A DNA stretch of 64,000 bases from Antedon mediterranea (Eukaryota; Animalia; Echinodermata). Shown here one piece after another: positions 23,801 through 39,763 of this stretch (position 1 is its first letter; the number at the start of each line of letters is the position of its first letter). A model generated the notes under the pieces. It saw only the letters and a list, made by a program, of their open reading frames with translations. It was not told the origin of the DNA and searched no databases. Both the position numbers and the translations under genes were made by a program. The stretch is from the NCBI RefSeq assembly GCF_964355755.1, contig NC_092671.1:37086304-37150303 (forward strand), given 5' to 3'.

Positions 23801-26800
23801 TTTAAAGTCGATCAACTGACAAAACTCTGAAAGAAGATCCATTTTGTCATTCCTACAGCACCACTTAAACATCATTCGAAACAGTTTAAAATTGTCGGCC
23901 GGCCAGTTGTTGCTTCGTAATAAAGAAGAAATTGTTTTTTCGTCCTCGTTCATAAGATCATGTGACAGTATAGTAGATTTTTCACAAATTTCTAGATTGT
24001 ATCGTATCATCAGAAGCTGTATGATTCCACTTCGTTGTCGTTGCAGTATGTTGCTATCGCCCTCGTAACAATGTTCTGTTCTTACCTCATCACCTGCTTT
24101 GTAAACAAGTGAAGCGGCCTCTTTAAATGTTTTATATTCTTCTGAGTTCTCCCCATATTCTTCCATCATCTCCTTTTCAATTTTGGAGATACTGTCTTTC
24201 GTTTCACCACTCAGTAATTTCGCGTTACTCACCATTTTTTGACAAATAAATGCATTTTCTTTTGGACGGCCAACTTTTAACAAGCATTTTGGAATAGTAA
24301 CATTTTCACCAGTTTTTGCTGAATCAATTGCATGGTTGAATAGGTTAGCCAGGGCCATGCATTCTGGTGAATCAATTCCACCCATGTCTGCCCATTTTTC
24401 AAGTAGATTTGAGAATCTTGCCACCAGTCTGACATCATATCTAGCAAAGTAATCTATGAGATGTGTTGTGGTTATATTTGCTTGCGTTTTTGCCTTACAA
24501 CCTTAAAAGACAAACATTTAACAAAATCAGTAAACCGTTTCATTCATTATATTCACTAATAGATTCACTTCGTGACTTGTTATGCTATTGTTATTTTACT
24601 ATTTATACTGGGTAGCCTCTTTAGTCAAAGACTGGTCTCCTAGAGGGCGCAGTTATGATCAGTGGCTGTGTGTGTCTCTTTCGCGATGTACGAGGTAACC
24701 CCTATTCATCTCGAAAGATGTACTGTACTAGGTTCTTTTAAGTGCACAGGACCTATGTTTTATAGTCTTTATCCGAGAAGACATTTGTGAATGTCAAATG
24801 TGAATATCTATAGAAGTATGTTACCAGTACCTTGATATGATGTTGGTTGCCAGTGCGTTTTTGGAACCAGAGTTGGATCCCAACAAATCAAGTATTTATC
24901 TCCATCCAGGTCACTTCCAGCAATTTCATCGCAATGGGGTCGGCTGCCTATAACATAATTTGGATTCAAACTAATTAGAATTTGTGTGACATGCGGCCAT
25001 ATACTACTATACCATAATATAAAACATACTGTACTACTTATATGAGTAACCAGTAACAAAACATCACTCTTTTAAACGAAATATAATTACTTGGTAATGG
25101 TTCGTGTGCTTACCTTTCACTGGGAAGACTACACAGTCAACAAGATGTCTGATGTGTTTGTTATCCACACAATTAAGTATCCTAATATCGCCAGGATAAT
25201 AACTTGGGCTCTTTGCGACAAACACTCTACCCTTTATTACCTGTGATTTTCCACGTATAGTCGGTTGAAAAAACACTGTTCCTTCCTCAAGGGTCTCGGA
25301 GATGTCGCATACACCAAAGACGTTACGCGACATCTCTGCTCGAATATTGAGGCCTTCAGCTTTAGATTTCTTGATTCGTTCCAGCTTATCAGAAGCACCG
25401 ATTTTTCGGTCATCAAATACTTTTCTTCGAATGCTCTTCAAAACCTCTCTGATTTCTCTACTAGAGCAGTAATCACCTCCCTCTGTTGCTATCACCTTCT
25501 CTGCAAGGTCACTCCGCCCATTGATATACAGATGTTTTACTGCTATCCACTTGTCTTTTTCCAGATTTTGCAGTTCATCAAAGAATGTTGTCTGAAGCTT
25601 TAGGAACGCTTTATCAGGAATGCCCAAAGCTGAAAGAATTCTGATAAAATGCTTTATGAGGTTACCATACGCATATGGTTTGGCGATACCATCGTCGACC
25701 ACTCCAAGAATGTGTGGCTCAACCAGCTTCCATGAAAATTTCTCCTGTAAGACAAATACATACATCAATACAAGCAGAAAGTCAATTTTTCATGATTATG
25801 TAAACTATACTATACATTATTATACAAATAATGAATATTCATGAGTGGGTCATTAAATAGTATGTACTATTCCATGCCATAGCGTACATCAATACAAGTA
25901 GAGAGTCAATTTTTCATGATTATGTGCACTACACTATACGAGTGGATCGTTAAATAGTGTGTACTATTGCACACCATGTGACACACAATCAAATGACAGA
26001 AATTTATTTAGGTGTTTTATATAATATACAAATAATGAATTTTTATGAGTGGATCATTAAATAGTGTGTCTATTGCATGCCACCAAATCAAATGACATGA
26101 ATTTATTTGTTTCAAACCTATACTATTAGGCTGTATTATCACTGCTGTATAATGTATACTTACCAAAGAGTCCCTTAGCTTGATTCCTTTTTGGAGTTTT
26201 GGATCCACAACCAATACACCTTTACATCCTTTCAGTCTAATTTGGAAGACTGAGGGTACTGGTGGGTACTGGTTCTTGTATAGCTCTGTTAGACCCTTTG
26301 ACTCTGCAACCCTCATTGCGCATTCAATCGATATTGTTCCGCATCCATCCGTAAAGTTATACCCATCTCGTTCAATATCGCCTTCCTTTGAGATTTCAGC
26401 ATCTTTCAATCGGAGGACTTCGTTTGCGGTGGAAAGTAACAACCCAATGCGTGCAGCCCGCTTAGCAACATTATTGATGCTACTGAAGTCTCCAAACAGG
26501 TTGATGATATCATTGAGGTTCCCTAGCTTCTCGTTGTACATATAACACGTTCGATTCCTAAGTTGGGAAGAACTGTGTCCGAAAAACATGTACCGAGAAG
26601 GGCTGGTTTTTTTGTTGCGGTAACTTACAAGTAGTCCATTTGACAGACATTCAAATAGTTCTTGTCCCGGAAGATCAACATGAACATGAAGGACTAAGAA
26701 GTCACGATGGTTGAAGTTTGGATGTCTAAACAGGTTACACATCTTTAATTCACTTCCTTCTGGATGCGGATCAAGGACGAAATCTTCACAAGTCAGTTTT

Positions 26801-26958
26801 GGTCGTTTAGACGGTGGCGGTATTTGAATTTTTTGGGGTTTACGTAAAATATCTACAGATTTCATTCGCTTTTCTGATTCTGCTCGAAATTTTAAAGAGT
26901 CCGTTTTGATACGACTCATTTCAACAGCATTCTTTGAAATTTTGGCCACAGACGCCAT
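17686..26958 (-). CDS. RNA-dependent RNA polymerase (eukaryotic cellular RdRP) fused to a Upf1/DNA2-NAM7-like SF1 helicase with Gly/Arg-rich C-terminal tail, ~1881 aa
   Basis: 13 GT-AG exons with matching phases: 26958-26164, 25744-25114, 24947-24831, 24501-22907, 22723-22518, 22149-22019, 21722-21408, 21026-20290, 20038-19818, 19514-19325, 18810-18673, 18439-18316, 18131-17686 (5646 nt). RdRP motifs: [70 protein letters not shown]. Helicase motifs: [54 protein letters not shown]. Confidence 0.9.
24595..24785 (-). mobile_element. SINE-like dispersed repeat (related copies ~30670-30855, ~32420-32620, and + strand ~57330-57550)
   Basis: Shared core GTAACCCC..TCTCGAA(A)GATGTACT..AGGTTCTTT(T)AAGTGCAC..TTTATAGTCCTTATCCGAGAAGAC. 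The 57330 copy has a degenerate tRNA-like head. Confidence 0.6.
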
Positions 26959-27541
26959 TTTTATTCTATAAAGAGATATATAAGCTTTTAAAATAAACTC
27001 TGAAAAATACATGGAAAAAATAGCCAAATTATCTGTCAAATGGTTCAGCATTTATATAAAAAATAAATTTTAATTATAAAAAAACTCTGTTTTTGGTCAG
27101 AGTAGTTAAATAGTATAAATAACACTTGGACAAGGCACAGCAGAAACCATGGTGAACTACTGTATACATATATATTATATATATCCAATCTGCAGACAGT
27201 ACTGTTTCGATCTTATTAGATCTCGTCAGTGCAGCTCAGGTTTCGAAATGAAATGTACAGCAAAACTGGCACAATATATAGGCTGAGCCAGGTATGCGGG
27301 ACATGGTACACCGATTATGAACACAAAGAGTGCACAAGCTCAACGAGCGTGCTTTGCAAAATGCTAATAGTATTCACAACAAAAATGCACCGTTTCGAAA
27401 TAAATATATATAAATCCAAAGGCAAATTACTGAAAAAAAATGACAATGCTGTGGGTATCTCAATGGAGATACAAAAAAAAAGTGAAAAGCTAAATCAAAA
27501 CGATAAAGTAAACAGCCAGAAATAATTATATATATATATAA

Positions 27542-27572
<31 letters not shown>

Positions 27573-27979
27573 TAAAACAGCATTCAAACTTTAATTCTAT
27601 GAAAGGTCTTCATATTATATATTTCAACCAATAATGAGTAGCGCGCTTGGAGGTTTTGTCATTTTATTCAATTGATTTTTTTTGTACAGCACTACGTGTA
27701 TATACTGTATATGTACTAAATGTACAAGATAGAGTTTTCATGTAGCTAATGTTTTATAAAAAAGTATCATTCATTAAACAAATTTCATGTCTATTATTAC
27801 TAGCCTATTATGTGTCTTTAATTGGTAAATTTTAATAGCTGAAACATTTTAAAAATCACACCATTGAATAAATACCTGTGTTTGGCGTCTCTTTTGACAA
27901 ATTTCAAGAACTTATAGATGTTTGTAAATCAGAATAATGGACTCAAAACGTCTTGAAAACTGGGAACTCTTCTTAAAAT

Positions 27980-28008
27980 GGAAAATCCCCACTAACAAGG
28001 GAATTTCC
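27980..28008. promoter_or_regulatory. Two tandem NF-kB (Rel) consensus sites near the putative 5' end of the RdRP-helicase gene
   Basis: GGAAAATCCCC (27980-27990; reverse complement GGGGATTTTCC) and GGGAATTTCC (27999-28008) both fit GGGRNWYYCC. They lie ~105-130 bp upstream (- strand) of a candidate non-coding first-exon donor (CAG|GTATT at 27876/27875). Confidence 0.5.
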
Positions 28009-28279
28009 GGCCAACGCGTCATAATGTGGTAAAAAAAACCGTCGATTGGTGGCGCAAATTGAATGTTAAATCAAAACAACGATTTAACGATTTATAAATA
28101 ACCGTATTTGCTTTATAAATTAGGCATAATTGAACAAAATGATTAGTAGAATAAATCTAAATGTATGTTAATTGTGTGTCAGGATGATTTGTTACGGTGT
28201 GGATTTTTAGATAAAAACAGAATACAAAATCGTTACAAACCTGAGACAACTAATCCAAAACTTTGAGACTGATTTAACC

Positions 28280-28500
28280 CGTGTGGGGGCGGAGACTAAA
28301 AACTTCTCTCACACCCCGCGCGTGTCTCATCATGTGGAAACAAACTTTGTTCATGACGTAATAACAGTGACGTTATTAGCCAATCAATGAACCGCTTGCA
28401 TTTAGTTCGCACACAAAAACCACCAGTGACGACACACTATACGTCACGTACACTGGACTCGACACAACCGGCCGCCAGCAGGAGGCGTGCGTGTGTGTAC
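28280..28500. promoter_or_regulatory. CpG-enriched probable promoter between the divergent RdRP-helicase and SQOR genes
   Basis: GC box GGGGCGGAG (~28286), CRE/ATF-like TGACGT/ACGTCA (~28354, ~28368, 28441), CCAAT (~28380), raised CpG density relative to flanks. Confidence 0.5.
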
Positions 28501-29044
28501 GTGTTATACGAAAAGTAACTTTTGTTAGGCCTAGTTTTTAGTATAAAAATAAGTTGTAACACGTTGATGTTGTAACAAGATACGTATCCTGAGATAGTTT
28601 ATCTTTAGAGTACGTTATTACTACTAATAACTTGTTATTTAATTATACGTAACATGCTGGTGATGATAATTAATGTTTAGTGCGTGAGAGGGAATTTAGG
28701 TACTTGCACTGGCTGGCAGTGTCTGTAGGTACCTGGATGAAAGGTCTCGCACGCCTGTATGTATGTGTAGAGGTCACCTTGCTTGTGCAGTGAGGGCCTA
28801 GGCTAGCTATTAAAAGATTGTTCTCTGACCTAAAAACTGCTGCAAAACATAGATAAATTATTCCCCTTTTTACTCCCACCATGATACTCTTTTATTGTAA
28901 TTTTCTATGAAATAGTGTGTGGCTACCTTGTTTTTAAGTTCATAATTATTAACATAATAATTATTTTGTAATCAATTCAAAACGACAATTAAAATTTTAA
29001 AATTTATTTACAGAAAGCAATTAGAACTAGGACCAAGTAAAACA

Positions 29045-34127
<5,083 letters not shown>

Positions 34128-34659
34128 AGGGATGGTAATCTGTATCATTGATACTGAAATATAATAGCATTTTATTTTATAAATAAGATTTTTTTAATCT
34201 TACATAGTATATATTTTTATGATAAGACTTTATCAGTACTCGGTTACTATGTATCTTTTACTCAGTCAGAAATTTGATTTTTATTTTCGTTAAATTAAGT
34301 TTACAAATGAAAGTAATTGCAACACAATTTTAGATTTTATAAAAATTTTAGATTTTTTACATAAGCCCTTAACATAGCCTTGTCCTCTCTGACTTAAATT
34401 TTAATAAGTCAGTTTTTAAAGCTTTGCTTAGTTAACGTTTATTGATCCAATCATGAACATCCAACTAACTTTATTTTTAGATGACTTTTACAGTATTAGA
34501 AATATGTATTCCATTTCAAAATTAGGTAATTTTTAAACTACAGTATTCCTATTTGTACAAGAATGTTAGAAGTATGAAACTATATTAGCATAACTAGTTA
34601 ACACATGACAGAATATCATGACATCTTCAAACTAATCAGAAGTGTTTTTGAAAAAAAAG

Positions 34660-34937
34660 TGTGGTATGTGGCACAGTGTGTTGGACTTTGGATTACTGAT
34701 CGTGGTTCGAATCCAACTCGTGCCGCCTTGCTTGTATCCTTAGGCAAGACACTTTACTTACACTTGCCTCTCTCCACCCAGGTGTATAAAATGGGTACCC
34801 GGTTAGATCAAGCTGATTACCAGCTGCATTATTATGGGAGTATGTTTTTATACGTGTTTGACCGACACATAATATGCAGCGCATTGAGAGCTTGCTTATA
34901 TGCGCTATATAAGAATGAACTACAGTATTAATATTAT
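34660..34937 (+). mobile_element. tRNA-derived SINE with conserved core and L2-like tail
   Basis: A-box-like TGGCACAGTGTG, B box GGTTCGAATCC, core TCCTTAGGCAAGACACTTTAC..CTCTCCACCCAGGTGTATAAAATGGGTACC, tail GCGCTATATAAGAA..TATTA. Confidence 0.75.
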
Positions 34938-35385
34938 ACGTTTCTTTACTAAACCATGATGCCTTAACTAGCTTTTGATTACAGTATTCATTTTTTTAAG
35001 TAAGATAATCAGTATAATTATAGCATGAAATGCAATAAAATGGAATTAGAAATGCATATTTGTATTGTATTAATTAAGCTGATGAGTCTATTAATACTAT
35101 TGCACATATAGATATATGATATATTCTGTATATATTTCTATATAATATTTATAGCCTTTAAATTGTACAGTATTCTACATCACATGAAATATCAGGCGCA
35201 GATTTTGGCCGGGGCTCCCCCACCCCCCATCTAAAATTAAATAGCCATGTCTTTTGCAATCTAACAGATTTTTTTTTATCATTTATGAAATGTTAAATCT
35301 CCCCCCCCCCCTCCCCGTAATCTATAATGCTTGATCTAACCCCGAATAAGTTTACTCTGACAGCTTGATGTTGCATCCAACGTAC

Positions 35386-37251
35386 TTAACTAGATTCTTC
35401 TGCTTTTATTAGTGTAAAAGGAGGGCCTAGATATTTTAAGCCTGCAACACATCCATGGAAACATAGTCCTTCTGGCATTGATGTCTCCCCTGACCACTTA
35501 TCAAGAACAGGGTCAAAAGATTCAACTTTTTTTACATGTTTCTGAAGCTCGCCGCCGGTCACAAAGATCTTTCTACCGACAACTGCTGCAGACGGACAAT
35601 TGCGTTTGTATCTCATTGGGTTAGCTGTACACATGGACATCATCTTGGGATCCAACACTGTCACCTCTTTCATTGTACAGTTACCCATAAGATACAGGTT
35701 CTCATTTAAAGAAACGGCAGGAAACATTGCTCTCGTCATACCAGATGTTAAGATCACATTGCATTCTAAAGTGTCCAGATCAAAAACTTGAACGGAACAG
35801 ACTCGAGTGAAACACAAAGGGCCTATGATGTATAGCTTATTACGCATGGCCGCTAGACTTGCGTTACTGTTTGTTGGATTAATATGTCCGATGATCGACC
35901 AAGATTTGACCTCTGGGTCATACACCTCGATACTCGTTAATGTGTTGTTGTCATCTTCACCGGCTACTACGTAAATCTTCCTGTTGAAACTCGTAGAAGC
36001 ATGATTGCACCTTGCCCTTTGTAAGCCTGTGACTTGTTGCCATTCGTTTTTCACTAAAGAGTATTTCCAAACATGGTCGCACACATGTTCCTCGTGGAAA
36101 CCACCGATTACATAAATATCTTGATTGACGGAAGTGACGCTGTAATCTGTGTGCGAGAACGGAAGTTGCGTAAGGTTGTACCAACAGGCTTCATGGTAAA
36201 ATATAACATCTTTTTTCCATTTTCTGTCAGAGGTCATACCGCCAACAACTATAAGTATATTGTGAAGCATTGATGGTCTTGGATATCTGACCAGCTTCCC
36301 CTTAACTATCATCTCCTGAAGATTTAAAGCCTCCTTCACCATATCTTTACATTCCTTAACAGCTATAAAAGCAAAATTGGATTTCAGAATATCGTTTATA
36401 ATTGACTTGTCAACGAATTCTAGCCTCACACATTCTAAGACGGATTTAAAACATTTGGCTCTCTGCGGTTCAAAGTTGACCCATTTTATACATGCCTTTA
36501 AAACGGAGTCTTCTTTACTAACGTACAGTCTTTTATCGGATACTAACTGGACTAGCTTGTCTTCGCTTATGGAAAGAAACTCTTTTGTTAGTGAAATTTC
36601 GTTGAATTTGACCAAGATATAATCCCAGGCTTCCGACATCAGGTTCTGTTGGCTGTATGAATCTGCAATTTGATGGATTCTGAGACAGTTGGACGGTTGT
36701 AGATGCGTCATCAGAAAAGATTCACATTCTGCAACGAGCCTAGGGTACTGTAGAAAACAAGCAGTCGCTAATAAGTCACCTGCCGTCGACAATTTGATCT
36801 CAATTTGTCCTAGGTACAAGTAGTCGATGATTTTCCCCAGCATGTCTGCTTTAACATCATGGAGATCAATAACGCTTTGAGAACTTTCTCGTAAATCGTC
36901 GAGGAACATAGCTTGAAAGAACGGACTGCTTGCAGCTAGGATGCTTTTGTGGCAGTGGATCATCAGGTCTCCAGATTGCAATACAACATCTGTCAATTTT
37001 CCAAGTTTTCTTTGCTCCTGTAAGACCAGCAAAAGGTCTGTGGCAAGGGGTTTGTTTGTGAAAGTAATAGTAGCGCCATGGTCCATGTAATGGTCTTCTA
37101 GCGTATTGCCACATTGTATGCCTTTTTCTTCTTCATACACTACGGTATCTTTGTGTGTTATTGCTTTGTACTCTATAGTTGTTCCATGAAACCCCTCCTC
37201 CTCCACTATGAGAGCAATGTCACTGCATTCTATTTCTAAAGCTGCTGCCAT
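35386..37251 (-). CDS. Kelch-like protein (BTB-BACK-Kelch), single coding exon, 621 aa
   Basis: BTB (LTDVVL..HCHKSILAASSPFFQAMF..LRES), BACK (FLSISEDKLVQLVSDKRL..EDSVLKACIKWV) and about 6 Kelch repeats (VVGG, VIGG, VVAG, VTGG..W). A splice acceptor lies just upstream of the ATG (~37268). Confidence 0.95.
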   Translation of the reverse strand: MAAALEIECSDIALIVEEEGFHGTTIEYKAITHKDTVVYEEEKGIQCGNTLEDHYMDHGATITFTNKPLATDLLLVLQEQRKLGKLTDVVLQSGDLMIHCHKSILAASSPFFQAMFLDDLRESSQSVIDLHDVKADMLGKIIDYLYLGQIEIKLSTAGDLLATACFLQYPRLVAECESFLMTHLQPSNCLRIHQIADSYSQQNLMSEAWDYILVKFNEISLTKEFLSISEDKLVQLVSDKRLYVSKEDSVLKACIKWVNFEPQRAKCFKSVLECVRLEFVDKSIINDILKSNFAFIAVKECKDMVKEALNLQEMIVKGKLVRYPRPSMLHNILIVVGGMTSDRKWKKDVIFYHEACWYNLTQLPFSHTDYSVTSVNQDIYVIGGFHEEHVCDHVWKYSLVKNEWQQVTGLQRARCNHASTSFNRKIYVVAGEDDNNTLTSIEVYDPEVKSWSIIGHINPTNSNASLAAMRNKLYIIGPLCFTRVCSVQVFDLDTLECNVILTSGMTRAMFPAVSLNENLYLMGNCTMKEVTVLDPKMMSMCTANPMRYKRNCPSAAVVGRKIFVTGGELQKHVKKVESFDPVLDKWSGETSMPEGLCFHGCVAGLKYLGPPFTLIKAEESS

Positions 37252-38434
37252 TGTCTCTTAACAATTTCCTAAAAAATAAAATTAAAACAACATTTTATCC
37301 ATATTGCTTTATTTCATCAGCAGATCCAGTGGGTAGTGCAAGCTCCCCTTTTGACAGCCTTTTTAATATATATTTAATACATCTATCTATATATCTGAAT
37401 AGCATTTCTTTAATCTTACTGACGACATGCATTTTGGTTTACCAACCCTGACTGAATGATCACATATACAAAATAATATATCATAAATAAACACAATTAC
37501 ATTTAGCAAAAGTTAATAAACAGGAAACCAATACAGTACAGGCAAAAACCATAAGGACAATACTCCACCTGTCTGATCTACTCTAGTTGTATGCGATTAC
37601 CCCATTTAAATAGTTACCGGCGGCGGGGTACACCCATTCTGCAGACTACATTATTATGTGCACATCACATCCAGGGGTCAGTTGTCAGCACATCATTTGC
37701 AGCAGCAGTGATAATGGGTTGACCTAAACAGCGTTATGGTTTCATATATAACGATGTACATATTTCATTTTTAGCCTAAGGTCCTTTATAAACAACGTTT
37801 ACGTGGGTACGTGCACTGTACCTCAGTTGTCATACCTACCTTGTTTAGTAAAGATCAATTTTGTTAGGAAAATTAACAGGGCTGCTTCTTGTCTCCAGGC
37901 CATTTGTTTATGTTAAATTGCGCCCTCAAACGATACAGACAGAAAGACGATGTTCAATACATTTATTATCAGAACCGCGTTCTGTGACGTACTACTTCAA
38001 TTATACGGTAGTCATATTAAATAGGCCTTATACGTTATAGGATTCAATATGTCGACAATCGCTCTACAAACTGCAACCAAACTGAAGCTTGTAAATAAAT
38101 GAAAGTTATTTTTATTTTGACATATTTTATTTAATAAAAAAAACACGAAATATTAAGTACACGATTCGGCATCACCATTTTTTAGGGTCATATGCTGCAT
38201 ACCGTACAATTGTTTTAAAATGTTCAAATTCAAATAGAACATAGACAGCTAGTTGGCCTTCCTTCTATATGAATTGTAAGACAAAACAATATGCATATTA
38301 TATAAATGAAAACTAAAACTTGAACACAAACGCAACACTAAAGGATTGCGCTTTTTTGCAGCTACGCACATCCTTATAAAAATGCTCTTATGAATGCAAG
38401 TTATGTTTATTCCTTTGAGTGGTAATTATAATGT

Positions 38435-39763
38435 TTAAATAAGACCAGGTGGCATATTTGTTTTATTCCTACATGACTTGAACCAAGCTCGTGAATTTAA
38501 AGCCTTCTTGTTTTTAGTACCACTTTTCGGTCGTTTTAAAGTTGGTATTACATTACAGAAAGAGGAAGACTTTAAAATAGGATATGTACTCTTAACTTGA
38601 TCCTTCGTCTTCCATCCGAAAAACTTGTTGTAGAGGTCGTCGTTCCTGTCTAAAAGTTGAATAAAATCTGCAAGATGATTGACGTTCGCAAAGTCACCGA
38701 TGTGTATAAAAGAATAGCGCGGTAGATAACGTAGATAGTCTGTCTTCGGCGCCCCATACACAATTGGAACGATATTTTTGGACAAACTCGTAAGCCACAA
38801 CTTATGCGTGATGTACTCATCGCACTCGGCGTCTTCTAGCGCTAAATTAAATTTATATTTTGACATTAATTCAGTACAATTTTCTAATGATGAACATCTG
38901 ACGTCACCGCATTCACCGAACGTGTCTACGCCAATTAGACGATCTAGTTTTGCTATAAAGTTTCGCATTGGCCAGAAAGCAGATTGTTTACAATCGTTCA
39001 CTAACCACGATAAAAGTTTCGTCTTTTTTCTGGCTACGTTATAACCACCGGATTCTGGACGCGGCTCGACGAAACCAAATGGTTGATAGATATCTGCTGA
39101 GCTATGATAAGACCAAATGTAATCTACATTGAAATCGTCTAGGCCTATTCCTTCTACCAATGTAGCCATCCTCAATGGCGATTCGTAACCAAAAAGTATC
39201 CATCCTTGAGTTGTGTATTTATATCTTAGCGTACGTATGTGTGCTGAATGTTTAACAAGTGTATCCAGCGTTATGCCGAACACCGTCGCATCCTGTCTTT
39301 CCATTAGTTTCAAGTCAGACCCTAAAGTCAAACTTATTTTCGCATTTTGTTCATGACAAGTTATTGTTGCCTTTAATGATATGTTGTCGTGTTTTTTTAA
39401 TACTGATCTTAATTCAGAAAATCGATCAAGTTTTTGAACATCGTACAAATCAGCGAATGCAAGGATTTTCCATTCGTTCCGTTCTTCGTTGTTTGTTTGA
39501 TGTATGTCTGCACTGTTCGTTTTTTTGGGGTAATCTCGCTTCAATGGTGGTAACTCGATTAGTTCAAGCGCCGCCACCGCCGGGTTGTTATTCACGTACT
39601 CCTTGTCCATAATCCGTCCAGATTCTTTGTCATTGTTGATTAGTGGTGGTTGTTCGAAGGATTTATATCCTTTAACAACGTAAATTAAGTTTGTAATGAT
39701 CATTCCTGATGCTAATATAAACATAATGCAGACAACATGATGCACTCGGCAGTCTCGTATCAT
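38435..39763 (-). CDS. GT10 alpha-1,3-fucosyltransferase-like type II membrane protein with divergent motif, 442 aa
   Basis: ATG directly after the acceptor TTTAAAG; N-terminal TM (VVCIMFILASGMII); YESP, WSYHSSADIYQPFG, VDTFGECG, YKFNLALEDAECDEYITHKLW, VPIVYGA, SFIHIGDF, YNKFFGWK. Confidence 0.9.
   Translation of the reverse strand: MIRDCRVHHVVCIMFILASGMIITNLIYVVKGYKSFEQPPLINNDKESGRIMDKEYVNNNPAVAALELIELPPLKRDYPKKTNSADIHQTNNEERNEWKILAFADLYDVQKLDRFSELRSVLKKHDNISLKATITCHEQNAKISLTLGSDLKLMERQDATVFGITLDTLVKHSAHIRTLRYKYTTQGWILFGYESPLRMATLVEGIGLDDFNVDYIWSYHSSADIYQPFGFVEPRPESGGYNVARKKTKLLSWLVNDCKQSAFWPMRNFIAKLDRLIGVDTFGECGDVRCSSLENCTELMSKYKFNLALEDAECDEYITHKLWLTSLSKNIVPIVYGAPKTDYLRYLPRYSFIHIGDFANVNHLADFIQLLDRNDDLYNKFFGWKTKDQVKSTYPILKSSSFCNVIPTLKRPKSGTKNKKALNSRAWFKSCRNKTNMPPGLI

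Noticed and set aside
24808-27051. Viral RdRP or endogenous RNA virus
   Set aside because: The motifs are those of the cellular double-psi-barrel RdRP (DxDGD), not viral palm-domain GDD, and the gene has spliceosomal introns.
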